NCBI GenBank assembly: GCA_000091165.1
Contig: FP565575.1
Coordinates: 150,001 to 182,000, forward strand
Length of the DNA: 32,000 nucleotides
Reading direction: 5' to 3'
From: Candidatus Methylomirabilis oxygeniifera
GTDB taxonomy: Bacteria; Methylomirabilota; Methylomirabilia; Methylomirabilales; Methylomirabilaceae
Shown here: positions 26,914 to 32,000 of the stretch, one piece after another
Layout of the letters: every line of letters starts with the position of its first letter
How positions within the stretch are numbered: the first letter of the stretch is position 1
Program-made: the position numbers and the translations under genes
Notes under the pieces: model-generated
The model's database searches: none
What the model saw: the letters and a program-made list of their open reading frames with translations, nothing else
What the model was told of the DNA's origin: nothing

Positions 26914-28359
26914 ATGATGCTTGGAATGCGAGGATTGTTGTTGGCCGGCATCGATATCGCCATTATCATCGGTTCGATTGTTGGTTCGACATGTTTGCGA
27001 TTAGGAATCGAACCCGGACTTGAGTACCTTGGTATTCACGCGATGTCGTTTGTTGTCAGTGGGGTGACCTATCTTGTGCTGTTATTCATCGGCAATCAGT
27101 ACGACGCACGAAAAGATTATCGCTCGCTCTCCGAATTCCTTACCCTACTGTATGTGTCTACAGGGGCGTTCATGCTGTCGACGATCTTTTTTTACGTCGA
27201 TTGGTCGCTGAGGATTGGGCGAGGAGTCTATCTGCTGAACGCGATCCTGGTTACGTTGGGTATTTCCCTCTGGAGAAGACTTTACAGCCGCCTGATTGTT
27301 CGTTCATCTTTTCAAAAGCGAGTGCTTATTTTGGGATTGGGCAAGGAAGAGGAGCAATTACTCCACGAACTGAGCGAGATAAAGACCTCGGGGATTCAGT
27401 ATATCGGAGCGTTGGTTGATGAGTCGCTTTCTCACCGTGAGAGTAAGAAAAACGGGATTGCCGTACTGGGAGGCATGGATCGGCTGGGGACAGTCCTGAC
27501 CGAACAAGCGCCCGATCTATTGATCACATCAAATGGCTGTTTGTCTCGACAGGACGTCTGTCAGGAACTTTTTGTTCAACAACGCCATGGAATAGAAGTC
27601 GTCCACATTTCCAATCTGTATGAACAGATGACGGGTAAGGTGCCGATTCACTATGTGTCGGATCATGTGGCGCACATGGGCATCATCCGATCGCCAATTT
27701 ACGCAAAGAGAGTGAAAGAGTTAATCGATAGATCGGCGGCGCTCCTTGCACTGATCCTGTGCTCTCCGATTGCTGTACTCATCGCGGTCGGGATCGCGTG
27801 TACTTCGCCTGGCAGTATTTTTTATGTGCAGGAGCGACTTGGTGTCGGTGGCCGGAAGTTCAAACTGCTGAAGTTCCGGACGATGGTTGAAAATGCGGAG
27901 CAGAATACGGGCCCCGTGTGGACTTCCGAGAATGATCAGCGAATCACAAGGTTCGGCCGTTTTTTAAGGCGCTCTCGCCTTGATGAGATCCCCCAACTTA
28001 TTAATGTCTTCTCGGGAGAGATGAGCCTGGTGGGACCACGCCCTGAACGAGAGCCGTTCATCAGGCAGTTTCAAGATCGCATACCGGTATATCGAGAAGG
28101 AAGACGAAAAAGGGATCCGATCGGCACGGCGGTTCAAACCGGCTGGCAGGAAACGATTCCACTTTATTCATTACGATTTGCGGTCAAACCGGGTATCACC
28201 GGCTGGGCTCAGGTCAACGGCAATTACGCGGCATCGGTAGAAGAGAGCTGGGAAAAGTTTGCGTACGATTTGTACTACATCAAGAATCAATCATTTTTCC
28301 TTGATGTTACCATTCTTGCTAGGACATTATGGGTCGTCCTCGGTGGAAGCGGCCGCTAA
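26914..28359 (+). CDS. Exopolysaccharide biosynthesis polyprenyl glycosyl-phosphotransferase (WcaJ/WbaP-like)
   Basis: 481 aa; 'SPGSIFYVQERLGVGGRKFKLLKFRTM', 'RITRFGRFLRRSRLDEIPQLINVFSGEMSLVGPRPERE', 'VKPGITGWAQVNG'. Confidence 0.94.
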   Translation: MMLGMRGLLLAGIDIAIIIGSIVGSTCLRLGIEPGLEYLGIHAMSFVVSGVTYLVLLFIGNQYDARKDYRSLSEFLTLLYVSTGAFMLSTIFFYVDWSLRIGRGVYLLNAILVTLGISLWRRLYSRLIVRSSFQKRVLILGLGKEEEQLLHELSEIKTSGIQYIGALVDESLSHRESKKNGIAVLGGMDRLGTVLTEQAPDLLITSNGCLSRQDVCQELFVQQRHGIEVVHISNLYEQMTGKVPIHYVSDHVAHMGIIRSPIYAKRVKELIDRSAALLALILCSPIAVLIAVGIACTSPGSIFYVQERLGVGGRKFKLLKFRTMVENAEQNTGPVWTSENDQRITRFGRFLRRSRLDEIPQLINVFSGEMSLVGPRPEREPFIRQFQDRIPVYREGRRKRDPIGTAVQTGWQETIPLYSLRFAVKPGITGWAQVNGNYAASVEESWEKFAYDLYYIKNQSFFLDVTILARTLWVVLGGSGR

Positions 28360-28540
28360 GCCTCACGATTATTCCGTCCTCTTGTATACTGTACTCCCAG
28401 CCACGATGTTTACAAAGGGTGCGGTGCTCTTATACGCAGGCGGATATGACCGGTGCGGTTTCATGACGCAGACGTCGCGGATGAATGGGTAACTACTGTC
28501 TGGATGTCAAGCAGCTGATAGCCGTCGAGGATTGTGAGTT

Positions 28541-29944
28541 ATGACGACTGTGGTGATCCGAGAAAGGTCCAACCGGCTGTTGGTGTGTGGCTTAGCTTTC
28601 TTATTGGGAGCACCCCTCTGTTATACCGTCGCCGTTGGAAACTACCTCTTGACGGCCGGGCTCGCGTTCGTTGGAGTGTATACGGCGCTCTGTTTTATGA
28701 GAGTTGACGTCGCAATTATCGGCTATCTGCTTGTCGCCGCTTCAGAAATCAACATTCCTGAACTAGAGAAATTCGAATACAAAGGGCTTATTCTCCAAAA
28801 TGTGTTACTTGGGGTCTTGCTCATAGCGGTAGCTGCGAAGATTGCGTGGAACAAGCGTATTATCGTGTCGTCGCCACTCAATAGGCCCCTCTTTGTGTTA
28901 TTTGGTGTCTATGTAGTGTACAGTTTCTGGAGTATCGGCCCCCAGTACCCCGACCTCTGGGAAAGCCTGCGCGCTGCCAAAAATATACTCGCATTTCCTA
29001 TTCTCTACTGGATCATCTTAAACTCCGCCTCGGTCGGGTCGGGTCGAAGACCCAGGGTGTATCTGATCGGATTTATGCTCATCAGTGTAATCGGTACAGT
29101 TCACGCTCTCTGGAAATACCGGCAGGTCATGAGCGACTTTACCATAACATACTGGAATGATCAGCGGATCAATCGCGGTGAGGCGCTCGGTGAGACCTTT
29201 TATATGACCTGCGTGCTGGCGGTTCTCCTGCTGACCTATTACGTGATCCAAACGCAGGGTAGCTGGTCCCGACGAGCTGCGGCGGTTGTCGGTATTGGGA
29301 TTTTTGCGATCACGAACATGGCCTTTCTGTACAGGGCCGGGACCGCTGCGCTGATTGTAGCGATGATCGTTATGGTCATCCTATTGAAGCAATTGCGAGC
29401 GATTCCGTGGCTCGTACCGCTTGCTGCTGTGATGCTTATTGCGTTCTGGTTTGCACCTCAGATTCTGACACGGGCGGAGTCCACTTATGGGATTCAGCGG
29501 GGCGGAACCATTGGTTTCGATCCGTCATTTTCCAATCGGAAGGATTACCTGTGGCCTGCAGCACTTGCCCTCGTCAAGACCAACTTCCTGTGGGGAATCG
29601 GCTATCAGAATTTTGAAAGAACCGTCGGCATGAACGTGCACAACCAATTTCTCTCCTGGTTGGTTGAATTGGGGATCGCCGGATTCGCTGCAGGGGTCTG
29701 GTTCTATATACGAATCTGCCAGTTCTTCTGGCGCCGATTTGTGCTGGAACAGGATGAATGGGCAAGGGCTATCGCCCTTTCGTCGCTATGCCTCATGGTA
29801 TCTACCCTCGTGTGGTTCCTGACGCACGATTTCTTCCTGTACGGCTGGCTCTACCACCCACTCGCCTTCGCTGGAGTCCTGGGTGCGAAGGCAAGCCATG
29901 AAGGCGTTGCCCGGGCGGGTAGTGCGGAGTACGGTAGCGGGTAG
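28541..29944 (+). CDS. O-antigen ligase / polymerase-like membrane protein (Wzy_C family)
   Basis: 467 aa polytopic; 'LWPAALALVKTNFLWGIGYQNFERTVGMNVHNQFLSWLVELGIAGFAAGVWFYI' matches the H-N-x-[FY]-L pattern of WaaL/Wzy proteins. Confidence 0.87.
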   Translation: MTTVVIRERSNRLLVCGLAFLLGAPLCYTVAVGNYLLTAGLAFVGVYTALCFMRVDVAIIGYLLVAASEINIPELEKFEYKGLILQNVLLGVLLIAVAAKIAWNKRIIVSSPLNRPLFVLFGVYVVYSFWSIGPQYPDLWESLRAAKNILAFPILYWIILNSASVGSGRRPRVYLIGFMLISVIGTVHALWKYRQVMSDFTITYWNDQRINRGEALGETFYMTCVLAVLLLTYYVIQTQGSWSRRAAAVVGIGIFAITNMAFLYRAGTAALIVAMIVMVILLKQLRAIPWLVPLAAVMLIAFWFAPQILTRAESTYGIQRGGTIGFDPSFSNRKDYLWPAALALVKTNFLWGIGYQNFERTVGMNVHNQFLSWLVELGIAGFAAGVWFYIRICQFFWRRFVLEQDEWARAIALSSLCLMVSTLVWFLTHDFFLYGWLYHPLAFAGVLGAKASHEGVARAGSAEYGSG

Positions 29945-29958
29945 CTACGCAAGGATGG

Positions 29959-31554
29959 GTGGTAGTGTTTAGACGATTACTCGTATCACATCAGAGCGTC
30001 ATCGGGGCGTCGATGATATTGAGCATCGGTAACCTGTTGACCATGGCGCTCGGCTATGTTTTTACATTGGTCATTGTGTGGAACTTCGGGGCTACAGGCT
30101 CAAGCGATGCTTACTACCTCTCCATGACTGCGTGCGCCTTTCTGACCGGTATCCTCGAAGGCTGCCTTATGGGGTCCATGGTTCCGGCTTTTGCGACGCA
30201 ACAGTTCCAGAGTCTCGTTGCCGCCGAGCGAAACCGGCAATGGAGCTCCCTGCTTAACCTCTTACTGGTGATTACGCTCTTTCTTGCCGCTGTCATGCTG
30301 TTATGGGCCGATACGGTTATTGCGTTCCTGGGACCGACACTTGACGTGACCACACGTACGACTACCGCGAGGTTAACCCGGTTGTTGGTACCGACAATCC
30401 TACTCCTTCCGATCGCATCCTTCTTTGCGGCGAGCCTAAACTCACTGAATAAATTTGCAAGTCGTGTCATTGCGAATGCAATTAGTGGGTTGTGCAGCAC
30501 CGGAATCGCCGTTGGGCTCGTCGGCCATCTTGGGGTATACGCCCTCGGCTGGGCCGTCTCGGTTGGTGCTCTGGTTCGGGTCCTGGTGATGGGTCTCGCA
30601 ATTCACTACTCGGGGTTTCGATATTATCCTTCTGCTCGGTTTAGGTTGCGCTCGTCGAATGCGATAGGAGGTCTATTCGTTCCGATCTTACTGTTATCGA
30701 TCCTCCTGACGGTACGAGAAACGGCCGTAAAGTCGCTGGCTACCATGGCTGGATCTGGAGCGCTTACAGCGTTCTCACTGGGCATACAATTGGCAGACCT
30801 TCCGCTGGGGATCGTCGTGTCAACGTTTGGGTCTGCAGTCCTGCCGACATTGTCGAAGCTGTGGTCTGAGCATGCTAAGCGAGAATTCATGAATGCAGTC
30901 ATGGCGGTATTACGGACGGGGCTATTTTTAACTATCCCGGCCGCCATCGGAATCATAATTTTGGGAGGTCCGATTATTCAGGCGGTATTCCAACGAGGCG
31001 CCTTCGACAGCAGAGCCGTCCACCTTACGATGCTTGTTGTCATGTTTTATGCCATAGGTCTGCCGTTTCGCGGCGCCAATGACGCATTGGGGAGTGCCCT
31101 GTATGCAACACGGGACGCTTGGCGGCAGGTACTGTTTTCCGGTTCCGGGGTCGTGATCGCACTCGGTACCGGGATACTACTTCTGCCCTATTTCGCCGGC
31201 CCCGGACTTGCCGCCAGCCTCTCACTAGGGAACGCCGTCAACTGCTTTTTCCATCTGCGGTTCCTCCATCGACGGCTGGACGTCCGTCCGGATATGCAAG
31301 GCGTATGGTTTGTCCTAAAGGCAATAGGAGCGGCCTTAGCTATGGCCGCCATTGTCTTATTAGCGTATAAGCTATTAGTGACCGTTGCTGGTGAAGTGAG
31401 TGGATTGAGAGGCGTGTTGGCTCTTGGGATTTTGGCATGTATGGGTGCTGGAGTATATCTGGCGATGGGGCGCTTGGTAAGTTTGCGAGAATCTGTTGTC
31501 ATTCGGAACGCTGTGCTGGCCCGTTTGGCAAAAAAGGGTGAGCAGGGGGTATGA
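29959..31554 (+). CDS. MurJ/MviN-like polysaccharide or lipid II flippase (GTG start)
   Basis: 531 aa polytopic; 'NFGATGSSDAYYLSMTACAFLTGILEGCLMGSMVPAF', 'LPLGIVVSTFGSAVLPTLSKL', 'FQRGAFD'. Confidence 0.88.
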   Translation: MVVFRRLLVSHQSVIGASMILSIGNLLTMALGYVFTLVIVWNFGATGSSDAYYLSMTACAFLTGILEGCLMGSMVPAFATQQFQSLVAAERNRQWSSLLNLLLVITLFLAAVMLLWADTVIAFLGPTLDVTTRTTTARLTRLLVPTILLLPIASFFAASLNSLNKFASRVIANAISGLCSTGIAVGLVGHLGVYALGWAVSVGALVRVLVMGLAIHYSGFRYYPSARFRLRSSNAIGGLFVPILLLSILLTVRETAVKSLATMAGSGALTAFSLGIQLADLPLGIVVSTFGSAVLPTLSKLWSEHAKREFMNAVMAVLRTGLFLTIPAAIGIIILGGPIIQAVFQRGAFDSRAVHLTMLVVMFYAIGLPFRGANDALGSALYATRDAWRQVLFSGSGVVIALGTGILLLPYFAGPGLAASLSLGNAVNCFFHLRFLHRRLDVRPDMQGVWFVLKAIGAALAMAAIVLLAYKLLVTVAGEVSGLRGVLALGILACMGAGVYLAMGRLVSLRESVVIRNAVLARLAKKGEQGV

Positions 31555-32000
31555 TCTTGGGCAGTAGGCGTGTTCCGATTCTAATGTATCATAACGTGGA
31601 GGATCCGGCGCGGGAACGGTTCCGTGTTCAGATGCGACTGCTCAGTCGATTTGGTTACCGAACGATCGTTTTCGCGGATCTCGTATCGCAGGTCAGGGAG
31701 GGAAGAACCATAGCGGCAAAAACCGTCGTACTGACGTTTGATGACGGCACGGCGGATCATTATCGAAACGTGTTCCCTACCCTGGAAGAGTTTGGTTTGG
31801 TGGGGACCTTCTTCGTGAGTCCTGATCTTATTGGGACAACTAAGTGGATGATCAAGTACGGGGATACCAAATCCCGCGTGTGGTTCGATGAGGTTCCTGG
31901 ACAGTGTTCAAAGCGAGGGGACTCGGCTCCCAGGAAGTTCTGCCATCTAAGTTGGGATGAAGTCGTGAAGATGCATCATGCCGGACAAGAGATCGGCTCG
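31551..32000 (+). CDS. Polysaccharide deacetylase (NodB-type), truncated by window end
   Basis: Not in the supplied ORF track. Translation by hand: MILGSRRVPILMYHNVEDPARERFRVQ...KTVVLTFDDGTADHYRNVFPTLEEFGLVGTFFVSPDLIG...; 'TFDDG' motif; 4-nt ATGA overlap with the upstream stop. Confidence 0.88.
   Translation, partial: MILGSRRVPILMYHNVEDPARERFRVQMRLLSRFGYRTIVFADLVSQVREGRTIAAKTVVLTFDDGTADHYRNVFPTLEEFGLVGTFFVSPDLIGTTKWMIKYGDTKSRVWFDEVPGQCSKRGDSAPRKFCHLSWDEVVKMHHAGQEIGS

Noticed and set aside
1-32000. CRISPR arrays, tRNA/rRNA genes, complete IS elements, phage genes, toxin-antitoxin or defence modules
   Set aside because: None recognised by eye. The repeats present are short intergenic palindromes, not spacer-separated direct repeats.

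Overview
This 32 kb window is dense bacterial chromosome, tentatively NC10/Methylomirabilis-like from gene content and repeat style (inference only). From left to right it holds: (i) a YVTN beta-propeller gene and a DUF4242-type gene bracketed by heptameric inverted-repeat elements; (ii) a glpX-fba-rpe sugar-phosphate / Calvin-cycle-type cluster and an M48 metalloprotease lipoprotein; (iii) a compact minus-strand cellulose-synthase-like operon: BcsA with an apparent tandem PilZ region, two small TPR proteins, a TPR plus beta-barrel protein, and a BcsZ/GH8, with no recognisable BcsB; (iv) acs; (v) a YdbL-like (DUF1318) lipoprotein paired with a 1021-aa AsmA/YdbH-like protein; (vi) a regulatory and exopolysaccharide region: two related response regulators, a FecR-domain protein with a tandem Trp-rich repeat, Wza, Wzc, a TPR protein with a carbohydrate-binding-like tail, a polyprenyl-phosphate glycosyl-phosphotransferase, an O-antigen-ligase-like protein, a MurJ-like flippase, and a polysaccharide deacetylase running off the window end. 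The most unusual observation is the regulator pair. The first regulator (19097..19747) has Ala in place of the phospho-acceptor Asp but keeps its LuxR HTH. The second (20090..20578) keeps its Asp but ends just before the HTH. A near-consensus sigma-54 site lies between them. No tRNA, rRNA, CRISPR array or intact transposon was found.
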